DNA of 64,000 nucleotides from Octopus vulgaris (GCA_951406725.2 OX597838.1:36704001-36768000), one strand, 5' to 3'; positions 39,501 through 53,685 are shown, numbered from the stretch's first letter. Translations and numbers: made by a program. Notes: generated by a model from the sequence alone, not told the origin.

Positions 39501-40407
39501 GTATATATATATATATATATATATATATCATCATCATCAGCACCATTGTTTAACGTCCGTTTTCCATGCTAGCATGGGTTGGACAGTTCGACTGGAGCCT
39601 GGGAAGCCAGGAGGTTGCACCAGGCTCCAGTCTGATCTGGCAGTGTTTCTACAGCTGGATACCCTTCCTAATGCCAACCACTCCGTGGGTGTAGTGGGTG
39701 CTTTTTACGTGCCACTGGCACAGGTGCCAGGCGAGGCTGGCTAATGGCCACAATCGGTTGGTGCTTTTTACGTGCCACCAGCATGGAGGCCAGATGAGGC
39801 GGCGCTGGCAACCACCACATTCGGATGGATCATATTTACCTATGTAATGACATAATACCATTTCTCAATACATTCTTCTTCCAAATTGCCTTAGTATATT
39901 TTATAAACTTCACATAAAATAACTGTTGTATAAATCTCCTATTCTAATCCTCTTGTACCTTGGGTCTCTTCACGAGCCGGCTCTCTTACAATCATTGAGG
40001 CCAAGTCTCCAGTTTTTAGCTTCCTCCCTCACTTCTACTAGTCACAAAGAACTTGTAAAACATTATGGTTATTGCTTCTCCTCCCAGAGTAAAAATTATA
40101 GAATATATTAAAACATTACCGTTTTTTAAAATATTTTTCATTATTTTTTTATACATATTTGTTGTTATTTCTTTATAACTTTCTAAGGCTAACTTCTTTT
40201 TTTAAGATTTTCTTTTTCTTTATTTTTTTCTTTTCCTTGTTTTGAATTCTTTTGTTTTAAATGTTCTCAAATTAATATATTTATAATTATAATTTTGCCG
40301 ATAAATTTTACTTTTTGCATTTCATTTTAAATTAATATTTTTTTTAGTATTTAATATTTGGTATCTTTTTATATTTAAGTTTAATTTTAAATTCATTTAA
40401 TATGTTG

Positions 40408-40446
<39 letters not shown>

Positions 40447-41431
40447 TATATATATGTATATATATATACATATATAATGTGTGCTTATATATATATGTGT
40501 GTGTGTGTATAAGTATATGTGTGTTTTTATATATATATATATGGTTGTAACTGTGTGTACATCTGTTCATTCTCCCTCTCTCTCTATATATACATTCACA
40601 CACACACACACACACACACACGTAGAAAATTTATATTTTTGTTATTATTTATAGTTGAAATTCTTAATTTTGTTTTATTATACATATCTAAACATTTTAT
40701 ATTTCTTAATATCCTTTTGTTTTTCTTTCTTCATATTATATTTATATTTTTATTAGAATATCTAAATTTTTTCGGATTTATATATATATTTCATTTTAAA
40801 AATTCCTTTTACACATTAATATTTTTTACATTTTTTTACACTATATTTATAATTATTTATTTTTACATTACACATTATGTTTTTTTAAATTTCATAAGCT
40901 ATATTGATTTATTTTATTTTAAATATTCCTTTTAATATCTTAGCTGCTATTTTTACATTACACTACATATATTATTTCAAAATCATTTATTACATATTAT
41001 TTGATATTTTAAAAATTTTATACAATATAGTTTATTATAAATAATTTTATTATATTCTCATACATTTTTTTAATATATAATATACTTTATTTTAATCTTT
41101 TATATTCCATTTAATACTTCTATATTTTAAACAATGCATTTTTCCCTTTTTTGATATTAAATTTATATCAAACATCACAGACTACACCCATATCTTAGTG
41201 CAATTTTTAAAAACTTAATCTCCATTTTTTCATTTGATATCTGATCAATATGCTAATTTGAAGTATTCGTGATACATTATGTATTGCGTATCACACTTTA
41301 TATGTTTCATATATTCTTTTTTATACTCCATAATATATTTATGCTATCACTGATCTGTTAATATGTCACTTCCTGCTGTTCCATTTTCTAAGTCTAATTC
41401 AATCTTCCTGTGTCAGCATGATCCTGTGTAA

Positions 41432-41822
41432 CGTGGATGAAAGCACTCTGTCGTTTACGACAACGAGGGTTCCAGTTGATCCGATCAACGGAACAGCTTG
41501 CTCATGAAATTAACATGTAAGTGGCTGAGCACTCCACAGACACGTGTACCCTTAACGTAGTTCTCGGGGATATTCAGCGTGACACAGAGAGTGACAAGGC
41601 CGGCCCTTTGAAATACAGGTACAACAGAAACAGGAAGTAAGAGTGAGAGAAAGTTGTTGTGAAAGAGTACAGCAGGGATCACTACCATCCCCTGCCGGAG
41701 CCTCGTGGAGCTTTAGATGTTTTCGCTCAATAAACACTCACAACACCCGGTCTGGGAATCGAAACCGCGATCCTACGACCGCGAGTCCGCTGCCCTAACC
41801 ACTAGGCCATTGCGCCTCCACT
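41432..41822 (-). mobile_element. tRNA-derived SINE family B, full length with 8-bp TSD
   Basis: Head TGGAGGCGCAATGGCCTAGTGGTTAGGG...GGTTTCGATTCCC on minus; CTGTGTAA at 41424-31 and 41823-30. Confidence 0.92.
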
Positions 41823-41850
41823 CTGTGTAATGTACAGGTAGATGGAATAA

Positions 41851-42765
41851 GGCAGTGAGCTGGCAGAAACGTTAGCATGCCGGGCAAAATGCTTAGTGGT
41901 ATTTCGTATGACATTACATTCTGAGTTCAAATTCCGCCGAGGTCGACTTTGCCTTTCATCCTTTCGGGGTCGATAAATTAAGTACCAGTTATGCACTGGG
42001 GTCGATGTAATCGACTTAATCCCTTTGTCTGTCCATGTTTGTCCCCTCTATGTTTAGCCCCTTGTGGGAAATAAAGAAATAAGAAACGCTAATTTGCCGA
42101 GCGAAATGTATAGCAGTATTTCGTCTGTCTTTATGTTCTGAGTTCAAATTCTGCCGAGGTATACTTTGCTTTTCATCCTTCTGGGGGTTGATAAATTAAG
42201 TTCCAGTTACATACTAGGGTCAATCTAATCGATTGGCCCCCACCCTGCAAAAAATTTTGGGCCTTGTGCCTAGAGTAGAAAAGGATATATCACTCCCTGC
42301 TGTCCCATTTTCTAAGTCTAATTCATTCTTGCTGTGTCATCATGTTCCTGTGTAATGGAATAAGGCAGCGAGCTGGCAGAAACGTTAGCATGCCAGGCAA
42401 AAAGCTTTGCGGTATTTTGTCTGTCGCCACGTTGTGAGTTCAAATTCCGCCGAGGTCGACATTGCCTTTCATCCTTTCGGGGTCGATTAAATAAGTACCA
42501 GTTATGCACTGAGGTCGATGTAATCGACTTAATCCGTTTGTCTGTCCTTGTTCATCCCCTCTGTGTTTAGCCCCTTGTGGGTAGTAAAGAAATAGGTATT
42601 TCGTCTGTCTTTACGTTCTGAGTTCAAATCCCACCGTGGTTGACTTTGTCTTTCATCCTTTTGGGGTCGATAAATTAAGTACCAGTTGTATACTGGGGAC
42701 AATCTAATTGACTGGCCCCACCCAAAAAAATTTTTTAAAGCCTTGTGCCTAGGAGTAGAAAAGTA
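41851..42765 (+). mobile_element. Two dimeric family D SINEs within a local tandem duplication
   Basis: Copies at 41851-42285 and 42364-42765, each preceded by the same ~70-bp unique sequence (41361-41431 vs 42286-42355). Confidence 0.85.
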
Positions 42766-42984
42766 TATCTGTCTTATATCTTTTACTTGTTATAGATGTT
42801 GTACTCTGGCCATGCTGCAGCACCACCTTGAACCCAGTGTCCGGGTTTTGGTTTTTTAAGTCTTCTACTTATTTTATTGGACTCTTTTGCCAAAATCCTC
42901 TAAGTTACAGGGGCACAAAAAACTGGTACTCAATTGTCAAGTGGTGCTGTTGGTGGGATGAGAAATAGACACACAGACACATCT

Positions 42985-43157
42985 GTTCTATAATTTAGAG
43001 ATGAGGAATTATGTACGATATTTACGTTGTTTACAATTGACAGATTTTTGTCCTCATCTTGCTTGTTATTAACACGTTTCGGCTGATATATTTTCCAGCC
43101 TTCATCAGGTGTCTTGGAGTTAGTAGCCTGCACTCTTAACCACTACACCATATGCCC
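42985..43157 (-). mobile_element. tRNA-headed element carrying a hammerhead motif (internally deleted copy)
   Basis: Minus: GGGCATATGGTGTAGTGGTTAAGAGTGCAGGCTACTAA (A-box) joined to CCAAGACAC-CTGATGA-A-GGCTG...CAGCC-GAAAC-GTGTT. Confidence 0.75.
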
Positions 43158-43160
43158 ACC

Positions 43161-43396
43161 AGTTTGATTCCAAGCAGTGACCTGAATAATAATAATAATA
43201 ATGATAATAATAATAATAATAATAATAATCATAATGATAATAATCATAATAATAACATTGAAAAATACCTTAGGAATGAGAACCCAGGTTCGACATTTCC
43301 CCAAGACACCTGATGAAGGCTGGAGGGTATATCAGCCGAAACATTGTGTTAACAACAAACAAGATGTGGAAAATATCCCTCAATTGTAAATAAGGT
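43161..43396 (+). mobile_element. Same hammerhead-bearing family, 5'-truncated copy
   Basis: B-box-like AGTTTGATTCC, (AAT)n, then the hammerhead at 43305-43350 and a tail matching the 42985 copy. Confidence 0.75.
43305..43350 (+). ncRNA. Minimal type-I hammerhead ribozyme motif
   Basis: GACAC-CTGATGA-A-GGCTG(GAGGGTATAT)CAGCC-GAAAC-ATT-GTGTT: stem I GACAC/GTGTT, perfect 5-bp stem II. Confidence 0.7.
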
Positions 43397-44267
43397 AAAA
43401 AAAAATACACATTTTTTTATTTATCTGCCTATCTGTCTGTCTGTCTGTATATCTGTCTGACTTCTGTCTGTCTGTCTATCTATCCATGTCTGTCTCTCGG
43501 TCCAGCCATTTACTTACCTACCTACACACACATACACACACATTATATAGGCTTCTACAGTTTCCATTGACAAAAGTCACTTGCAAGGCATCAGTCGCCC
43601 TAAGGCTATAATAGAAGATCCTTGCCCTAGGTGCTGTACAGTGGGATTGAACCAGAAGCCGAATGGCTACAAAGGAAGCCTCTTAATTACAGATACACAC
43701 ACATACACTCACACACACACACACACACACGCACACGATGGGTTTCCACACAATTTCCATTCAACCAAATCCATGCAGAAGGCACTGGTGGGATTGGGCC
43801 TGTGGTAAAAATTACTTGCCCACGGTTCTGCACAGTAGGACTGAACCTGAAATCACGTTGTTACAAACAAGCATCTTAACCATACAGCCAGGCCTGCGCT
43901 TATATGAGAAAAAGGGAAAAAACAATTTTTTCAATGTATAAAATGTGTGAGAAATAAAAACAGAGGAAGTGGAAGGTTTGAATTTTCTTGGCAGTTTTCA
44001 AATTGTTCACTAACGAAGAGATAAGATTGTTGTTTAACTCATTTGTTATCAATCCATCTTAGTCATCCTTAGTCTTACGAGTCAAATTCTCTGTTTTCAT
44101 CCATTAGCATTCAGATTACTCTGTCAAATGTAATCTTTACTAATTCACATTATTTTGAATTAATCATGCAATATCTTTTAGCTTTGCGATTTCAACGATG
44201 TGAATTTTTAGTTTTACAATGACATTGTAGGCTGAGTGTGAGGGGCTGAATCTGGCCAGTTTGAACA

Positions 44268-44893
44268 TTAACCCTCTCGTTACCCACCCGGCTGAAACCG
44301 GCTCTGGTTCTGAGTACAAATGTTTTGTTTTCATAAGTTTTGAATTAAAATCTTCCACCAAACCTTAGTCACAATTTATGTTCCTAACACTACTCTTTTA
44401 CTCTTTTACTTGTTTCAGTCATTTGACTGCGGCCATGCTGGAGCACCGCCTTTAGTCGAGCAAATCGACCCTGGGACTTATTCTTTGTAAGCCCAGTACT
44501 TATTCTATCGGTCTCTTTTGCCGAACCGCTAAGTGACGGGGACGTAAACACACCAGCATCGGTTGTCAAGCAATGCTAGGGGGACAAACACACACACACA
44601 AACACACACATATATTTACATATATACATATATACGACAGCCTTCTTTCAGTTTCCGTCTACCAAATCCACTCACAAGGCATTGGTCGGCCCAAGGCTAT
44701 AGTAGAAGACACTTGCCCAAGATGCCACACAGTGGGACTGAACCCGGAACCATGTGGTTGGTAAGCAAGCTACTTCCCACACAGCCACTCCTGCAATGAT
44801 AAATAAGTTATTTTACTAAATACTCTGTTATAGTTAAAGTAAGTGAAAGAAACACAGAGCATCTTGAAATAAATACAGTAATGAAAGGATTAA
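44268..44893. mobile_element. TTAA-flanked piggyBac-like MITE containing a SINE and nested in another repeat
   Basis: TTAACCCTCTCGTTAC...GTAATGAAAGGATTAA imperfect inverted ends; the host repeat 44100-44935 matches the reverse complement of 36500-36715. Confidence 0.6.
44391..44794 (-). mobile_element. SINE family A, full length
   Basis: Reverse complement of the consensus. Confidence 0.92.
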
Positions 44894-45490
44894 ACAGTTA
44901 GCTGGATATGGCTGGTTAAATTCTAACAAGTTAAAGTGATCTAACTTAAAATGTTCCATCAAAATTTCTTGCTGATTTATGTTTCATACACCCAGTTTAA
45001 TAACGACAAAATTATCTTAATAATAAATTCTTCATTATTTCCAAAATTAATCAAAAGAATGGCAGCATGCTTCAAAATTAATACGGTAACAAAAGGATTA
45101 CATTGAGATAATTCTTGAGGTTTTTGAACATCCAGATTGATTAGTGTGTGTGTGTGGGTGTATTTGCGGTTGTATTTATGTATGTTTATAAACCTGCACC
45201 ACCCATCTTCAGTGGATATGCAAACCATTTTAGTACACAAGTGGGTCTTTGTTTCATTACTGTGCACTTGTGTGTAGTGAAGGCACATGGCTTAGTGGTT
45301 AGGGTTATGATCCTTAAGTTGTGAGTTCAAACACTGGTGGAGTATCGTGTCCTTGAACAAGACACTTTATTTCACATTGCCTCAGTCCACTCAGCTGGCA
45401 AAATTTTTTATCTGTAATTCGAATGGCCAGCCTTGTCATACTCTGTGTCACACTGAATCTCTCAGAGAACTACATGAAGGGTACACATGT

Positions 45491-45898
45491 AGGCACAGGA
45501 GTGGCTGTGTGGTAAGTAGCATGCTTACCAACCACATGGTTCCGGGTTCAGTCCCACTGCGTGGTATCTTGGGCAAGTGTCTTCTGCTATAGCCTCGGAC
45601 CGACCAATGCCTTGTGAGTGGTAGACGGAAACTGAAAGAAGCCTGTCGTATATATGTACATATATATGTATGTGTGTGTGTATATGTTTGTGTGTCTGTG
45701 TTTGTCCCCCTAGCATTGCTTGACAACCGATGCTGGTGTGTTTACGTCCCCGTCACTTAGCGGTTCAGCAAAAGAGACAGATAGAGTAAGTACTGGGCTT
45801 GCAAAGAATAGGTCCCGGGGTCGATTTGCTCGACTAAAGAGGCGGTGCTCCAGCATGGCCGCAGTCAAATGACTGAAACAAGTAAAAGAGTAAAGAGT
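45491..45898 (+). mobile_element. SINE family A nested in a family B-type SINE (45278-45490 and 45899-46000)
   Basis: B sequence GGGTACACATGT|...|ATGTCTGTGGAGTGCTCAGCC resumes after the A copy. Confidence 0.9.
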
Positions 45899-47054
45899 AT
45901 GTCTGTGGAGTGCTCAGCCACTTGCATATTAATTTCACAAGCAGGCTGTTCCGTTGATCGGATCAACTGGAACCCTTGTCATTGTAACAGATGGAGTGCC
46001 TGTCATATGTGTAGCTCTGTGTGTCTCTGTATCATCATCATCATCATCATCATTTAACTTCCGCTTTCCATGCTAGCATGGGTTGGACGATTTGATTGAG
46101 GTCTTGCTAACCAAATAGCTGCACCAGACTCCAATCTGATCTGGCAGAATTCCTACAGCTGGATGCCCTTCCTAATGCCAACCACTCCGAGAGTGTAGTG
46201 GGTGCTTTTACGTGTCAGTCAAGTGGTACTGGCATCGGCCATGCTCAAATGGTGTTTTTTACGTGCCACCTGCACAGGAACCAGACCAGCGGCACTGGCA
46301 ACGACCTCACTTGAATGTTTTTTATGTGCCAGCAGCACAAGTGCTACTAAGGCGTTGCTCTGTATGGAGAATCCCTGGAATGTTTTGCAAATTTTCTTTG
46401 TGCCACTTATCAATTGTATTTTAAAGATATTATTTATGTTTGCTTTGTATTTTTTTTTCTTGAAGAACCCAGCATTTTTAGATTTGTGTTACAAAACTGT
46501 TGTTTTATAACACAAATCTAAATGTATATATGTTGGTCAGCTACGTACTCACCTCTTCAGCAAAACACCTGCTCTTGTGCCTTCCACATCTCTCAAGACA
46601 TTCACACTTCACTTATTTCAAAGATTTCCTCTTGTGAGCTCTTGGTTCCTCACCAGTGCTGTTTGCCATGAAAGAAGCACCTAGAATACTCTGTAGAGTA
46701 GCTGGCATTAGGAAAGGCATCCAGCTATGGAAACCATACCAAAGCAGAATTTGGAGTCTGGCACAGCCTGCTGGCCTGCTTGCTTTTTGGTTCCTGTCAA
46801 GCTGTCCAATCCAATTCAGCTGATTGAATAACTGAATATGAGTCACCAACGTTGACGGAGGGTCACGGACGGATTTTGTGCATTTATAAATGTTATCTCT
46901 ATGTGTGTGTGTGTGTGTGTTATAGTGCATTTGCTATTGTGTTGTCGGCTGTCTAAGCAAGATTTGAAAAATGGACATAAAGCAAATTAGATATAATATA
47001 AACACATACATAAGGCACAAACCTATATTGTTTGTTTGCGTGTGTGTGTGTATA

Positions 47055-47086
<32 letters not shown>

Positions 47087-47182
47087 CACTCACACCCATA
47101 CACTTACACAAAATTTTCACAGAGTGGGTGGAAGAACTCTGCATCACATACAAATATATATATATATATATGTATATGTATA

Positions 47183-47214
<32 letters not shown>

Positions 47215-47795
47215 CATACATGTATATATTTATGTATGAATGTTTTATGTATATATATATGTGTGTGTGTGTGTGTGTATATATATATGCATATATGTAT
47301 TTATATGTATATATATATACATACATACATACATACACATATATGTAAGCATGTATGTGTGTATGCATGTATATATATATGTATAAATGTATGTATATAT
47401 GCATTTATTCAACATACGTATGACTCTATATAAATACAGACACATAAACACAAACACAAATGTAAGTATATACTCAACAGAACAGACAAACGCATTAATA
47501 TACACCATATAGGTAATCTTTAAATGTCTATATATATATGTTATACACATACATACATACACTTCTATGTATGTAGACACATCATTGAAGAGGTGGAGTT
47601 GTGGGCGATGTACGTTATTAGTTAGATAAACACACAGAGGAGATGCAAACGAGACTGCAGATGGATAAGCACATACAGAATTATGAATGCATGAACACAA
47701 ATGCACAACATAAACACGTTTAGATATACAAACTTGGCATAATATAAGACATGACAGATGCATGCATGCTTATATACAGAGAGAGAGAGAGAAAG

Positions 47796-47848
<53 letters not shown>

Positions 47849-48763
47849 CATATATATACATATATAAATATACAAGCATACATGCATACAGTAACCCTTG
47901 CACAAACACAACGCACACACAGATATATATGTGTACGTATGTATGTATATATATAATGTATGTATGTATGTGATGTATGTATGTAATGTATGTATGTAAT
48001 GTATGTATGTATGTAATGTATGTATGTAATGTATGTATATATGTATGTATGTAATGTATGTATGTAATGTATGTATGTATGCATATATGCATGTATGTAT
48101 GTATGTATGTAATGTATGTATGTATGTAATGTATGTATGTATGTAATGTATGTATGTATGTATGTATGAATGTATGTATGTATGTATGTATGTATGTATG
48201 TATGTATGTATGTGTGAATGTATGTATGTATATGCGCACACCATACTTGGATGTATGTACATCATACATAGACACACATAATGAAAAGATATTTAAGACA
48301 AACACTGCACAATTCGTTGTCAAAATTAACACATTTTAATCAGCACCAGATTTAATTAAATAAATTTTTTTTAACAAATTTATTCATTTAAAAGTCATCA
48401 TCATCATCATCATCATCATCGCAGTCGTCATCATCATCATTGTTTCATTTTGTTTGGTTCTGTATTGTCTTTTTCTTTTTTTTTGTTGCAGATAAGCTTT
48501 TATCTTTGTTTATTTGAATAAGTTGTCTTGTTGTTGTTATTGTTGTTGTTTCTAAATATTTACACAAGCGTATGTTTCTGTATATGCATAGATATATCTG
48601 TATGTGTGTGTAAATATGTATGTGAACATGCATGTATATATATATCTATATACATAGATATCCATATATATATAGATATTTGTATCTGTATGTCTATGTA
48701 GATATGTTTATGTATATATGTATGTGTGTATTTTGTATATAACTATGTATGTGTGTATGTATT

Positions 48764-48803
<40 letters not shown>

Positions 48804-49445
48804 AACATACATACGCATTTATTGATATATGTCTAAATATGTATGTGAACATGCATGTGTATATATATATACATAGATATCCATATATATATATTTGTAT
48901 TTGTATCTCTATGTAGATATGTTTATGTATATATGTATGTGTGTATTTTGTATATAACTGTGTATGTGTGTGTGTATTTGTGTATATATATATACACACA
49001 CACACACATACATACGCATTTATTGATATATGTCTAAATATATATGTGAACATGTATGCATGTATCTATATACATATATATATATGTGTATGTTTGTATT
49101 TTGTATATAACTGAGTATGACACATATATATGAATCTGTATGTGTTGTAGACAGAATGGTGGGGTGCTACATTAATTTTGTGAAACACAAAAGTGATCAA
49201 TACACACTTGCAGAGAATCTTGTAAAGTATAGAGTATATACTTAATGTATTTACTTCTCTTTTGTATTTTCATTCTAATATCCAAGAACTTGGACACTGA
49301 TTTTCAGCCAACTTCCATTACGATGAAGCCAAGATACAAAATAGTGGTGTTTCACATGGTTTGTGATGACACTGTTACTTGCTTTGTCCTTATTTGTGAA
49401 GGCAAATGGGACAGAAAAATGCCACACAATTTCATACATATTGGT

Positions 49446-49590
49446 TATAATATGACATTTTTCAGCCAAACACAAACTACACAGTTGTAAGCCATTTTTT
49501 CTGAGATAGACCATTTATAGTTGAAAGAGTTTCCTTTATCCTTTTGGTCATGTCAGAGGTAAATATATGTGCATGTAGAGTTATATCTTT
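49446..49590 (-). pseudogene. Decayed C-terminal fragment of a second, distinct Penelope-like GIY-YIG endonuclease
   Basis: Minus-strand KDKGNSFNYKWSISEK then, after a frameshift, CSLCLAEKCHII, resembling the LKD.......WSI...C.LCL.EK motif of PLE endonucleases. Confidence 0.55.
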
Positions 49591-49876
49591 ACTTTGTACT
49601 ACTTATTCAGACAATTGGAGCCTGGGGCAACTCTCTGGCTTACCAGCTCCAGCAAAATTATCCAACCCCTGCTAACATAGAAAAATAGACATAAATTGCT
49701 GCTGCTGCTGCTGATGATGATGATGTCTACCAAATCCACTAACAAGGTTTTGGTCAGCCCGAAGCTATAGTAGATGACACTTGCCCAAGATGCCATGCAG
49801 TGGGACTGAACCCGGAACCATGTGGTTCGTAAGCAAGCTACTTACCACACAGCCACTCCTATGCTTATAATGCAAA

Positions 49877-50267
49877 AGTGGGATGGAAGCACTCCGTCGG
49901 TTACAACGACGAGGGTTCCGGTTGATCCGATCAACGGAACAGCCTGCTCGTGAAATTAACGTGTAAGTGGCTGAGCACTCCACAGACACATGTACCCTTA
50001 ACGTAGTTCTCGGGGATATTCAGCATGATACAGAGAGTGACAAGGCCGGCCCTTTGAAATACAGGTACAACAGAAACAAGAAGTAAGAGTGAGAGAAAGT
50101 TGTGGTGAAAGAGTACAGCAGGGATCACCACCATCCCCTGCCGGAGCCTCGTGGAGCTTTAGATGTTTTCGCTCAATAAACACTCACAACGCCCGGTCTG
50201 GGAATCGAAACCGCGATCCTATGACCGCGAGTCCGCTGCCCTCACCACTGGGCCATTGCGCCTCCAC
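49877..50267 (-). mobile_element. SINE family B, full length with 8-bp TSD
   Basis: Highly similar to 41432-41822; AATGCAAA at 49869-76 and 50268-75. Confidence 0.92.
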
Positions 50268-51838
50268 AATGCAAATGTAACTAATATTTGATAAATATTA
50301 TACACCTTTATTTTAAAACTTTGCTTACAAATATTAAAGTATTTTTGTGGAAGTGATTTTACGAACGTAGTCTAACTGATAAATCAACTCAACAAGAAAA
50401 ACATCTAGAATTACACAGAATAGAAAAAAATGTTACATGAGAAAAGACAACCAATGCTGTCATAAGACAATTGATGAAAAGTCCAGGTCAAGGCTACACA
50501 CCTGGACAAGTGATACACCACCATCTATTGCAGATCCCTATGACGTTGAATGGATAAGCAGCAACCCTGGTTTTTATCGAAGCTTTTGGTAAAAAAGTGT
50601 GACCTATCCACAAATATATACAGTAGTTGACCCAGACTCCTTCAGATATTTTATCTTTTCCGTGTTTCATTCATTGGACTGCAACCATGCTGGTGTACCA
50701 TCTTGAAAGATTTAGTCAAGCAAAATTGACCCCTGCACTTATTTTCTTTATAAGCAAGCCTTGTACTTATTCTTTCAGCCTCTTTTTGTCAAACCACTAA
50801 GTTATATTTGAGTCATTTTAGATGTTTAAAAATATAACGTCAAGCAATAGAGATAACTACACTAAGATCAGATGATTGAAATTTTGATAAAATCAAAGAA
50901 TAATTGCAGTTTGTGTGGACCTGGTTTTTACAGTTAGCAGGTGAAAGCATAGATCACTCACACACACACACACACACACACACTTTGTTTCAAGTTTACA
51001 GGTTCATTAGACCTGATTACATGATAATCCACTAGACTGAAAACTAGTCCACTGCAAGGCTAACTTCTCCTGTTATTCATGTATGTGCTGTTGTCATCAT
51101 CATCATCTTCGTCATCACTCGATATACACTTTCCATGCTGGCATGGTTTGACAGGATCCAATGCATTCAAAGACAGCATCATATTCCACTGTCATAGAGA
51201 CCACGCTCTGACATGGTTTCTATGACATTGGATGCCCTTCCTAATGCAAACCACTTTACAGAGTGTACTAGGGACTTTTCTTCCTAACCACCATTGCTCC
51301 TGAGGTCCCCATGCAAACTACAATCCTATAAACCCCGGTGGAGAGGAGCTTTATCCTAGGAGATGAGAGTCAAGGTATAAGATCAGGAAACCAAACAGAG
51401 CAGGTACATGTAGTAGGGGAGCTCCATGGTTACACGCATTTAGGAGAAAATGAGATATGAGTAAGAAATGCTGCCTCTGTAGGTCTATGGTTGACAGTGC
51501 TCACCAACCACGGCTAACACTATAGAAACGGCAACTGGTTTCCAGTTCATTATAAAAAATGCTAATTTAACACTTGGAACTTGGTATATATTTCAGTAAG
51601 TAGCTAATAGTTTGATGTTAAACACACACCAATTACCAACACACACACACATACACACACACAGACATGCGGAGAATAGGTCTTTCAAGTTTGGTGTTAT
51701 TACGATGCATAAAGCTATGAAACGCAAATGCTGTGAGTCAAAACTCCAGAAAGACATAAAACGAAGAAGTGGATGCAGCTGCGGAATAAAAACTGTCTTC
51801 GTAAGGATAGTTGCTGTGTGAGAGAAAGCGTGTGCATG

Positions 51839-51901
<63 letters not shown>

Positions 51902-52103
51902 ATGTGTGTGTGTCTGTGGGATTCTAATGATTTAGTTAATGCCAGGGGGCTTTATACACTCATATGGATATACAGTGTGGTAATGTGATGGAGTGATGGA
52001 TGTTGGATACATATATACATATATATATATATATGTTTATATATGTATGTATGTATATATATATGTATATATATATATGCATATATATATACATATATAT
52101 ATA

Positions 52104-52173
<70 letters not shown>

Positions 52174-52235
52174 ATACATACATATATACAGATATATATA
52201 TATGTATATATGTATATATATATATATATATATAC

Positions 52236-52321
<86 letters not shown>

Positions 52322-52836
52322 TGTTTTACTTGTTTCAGTCATTTGACTGTGGCCATGCTGGGCGCCACCTTTAGTCGAGCACATCGACCCCCAAGACTTA
52401 TTCTTTGTAAGCCCAGTACTTATTCTATCGGGCTTTTTGCCGAACCGCTAAGTTACGGGGACGTAAAAACACCAGCATCGGTTGTCAAGCGATGTGGGGG
52501 GGGGGACAAACAAACTGCGACACACCTCTGTATATGTGTGTGTTTTTTTGTGAAAAAAAGTAGTTTTTCTTAGAATATTTTGCGCAATAATTTTTAAAGA
52601 AATCTGGACATCTTTTTTTACTGCTAACCATTCAACTTCAAATTAGAATTGTTAATTGTTGGAAGTGAAGTAGACTAGATGTAGATATAAGGTTATTGTA
52701 TGGAGTGGCAGTTCAGTACAAATGATTGAACTCATTATCTCGTGGTTAGCAATCCATTACTTTAAATTTGAAGCCATTAAGTCTTTAAACTTTATTTTAC
52801 TGGGTTTAGTCTTTCGACACTCAACTTAATTGGGTA

Positions 52837-53195
52837 TCATCATCATCATCATCATTTAACGTCCGCTTTCCATGCTGGCATGGGTTGGACGGTTCAACTG
52901 GGGTCTGGGAAGCCAGAAGGCTGCACCAGGCTCCAGTCTGATCTGGCAGTGTTTCTACAGCTGGATGCCCTTCCTAATGCCAACCACTCCGTGAGTGTAG
53001 TGGGTGCTTTTTACGTGCCACCGGCACAGAACCAGACGAGGCTGGCAAACAGCCACGATCGGACGGTGCTTTTACGTACCACCGGCACAGGGACGAGACG
53101 AAGCTGGCAATGGTCACAGTTGGATGGTGCTTTTTATGTGCCACCGGCATGGGGGCCAGTCGGGTGACGCTGGCTACGGCCACGTTCGGATGGTT
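52837..53195 (-). mobile_element. Retroposon family C
   Basis: (CAT)n then TTTAACGTCCGCTTTCCATGCTGGCATGGG... and diverged internal repeat units. Confidence 0.85.
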
Positions 53196-53685
53196 CGGTC
53201 ATGCTGACCTCAGTAAGTATTTCAATCCGGCATTTATCTTATAGATCTCTGCTTGAGGAACTTCTGACTTTGAGACATAGTGGGACACAGTACTTGATTT
53301 AACAAAAAAAATGTATACACGCACACACACACACACACACACATTAGGTGCAAGAATTATTGTGTGTTTGAGAAGTTTACTTCCCAACCATATGGTTCAA
53401 CATTCAGTCCCTCCACACGGTACCTTGAGCAAGTGTTTTCTACTATAGCCCTAGGCCAACCACAGACTTCTGACTGAATTTGGTTGACAGAACCTGCAGC
53501 ATTACTCATCAGAAAATGACCGTAGAACATGTTTATAAAGAAGGGTTGTTTCGCTTCATACCCCTTGTGTGCCAATTCTGTGCATAAGAAAGGAACGAAT
53601 AGTACAAGGCAGCTATAGGTCATAACATCCAGGCAACACCAGAGTGCATTGGTAATATATATAAATATATATATATATATATACC

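Noticed and set aside
50437-50592. ~51-codon ORF in unique sequence
   Set aside because: Length expected by chance; no motifs or splice support.
53480-53520. CTGATGA on the minus strand
   Set aside because: No stem II or GAAA follows.
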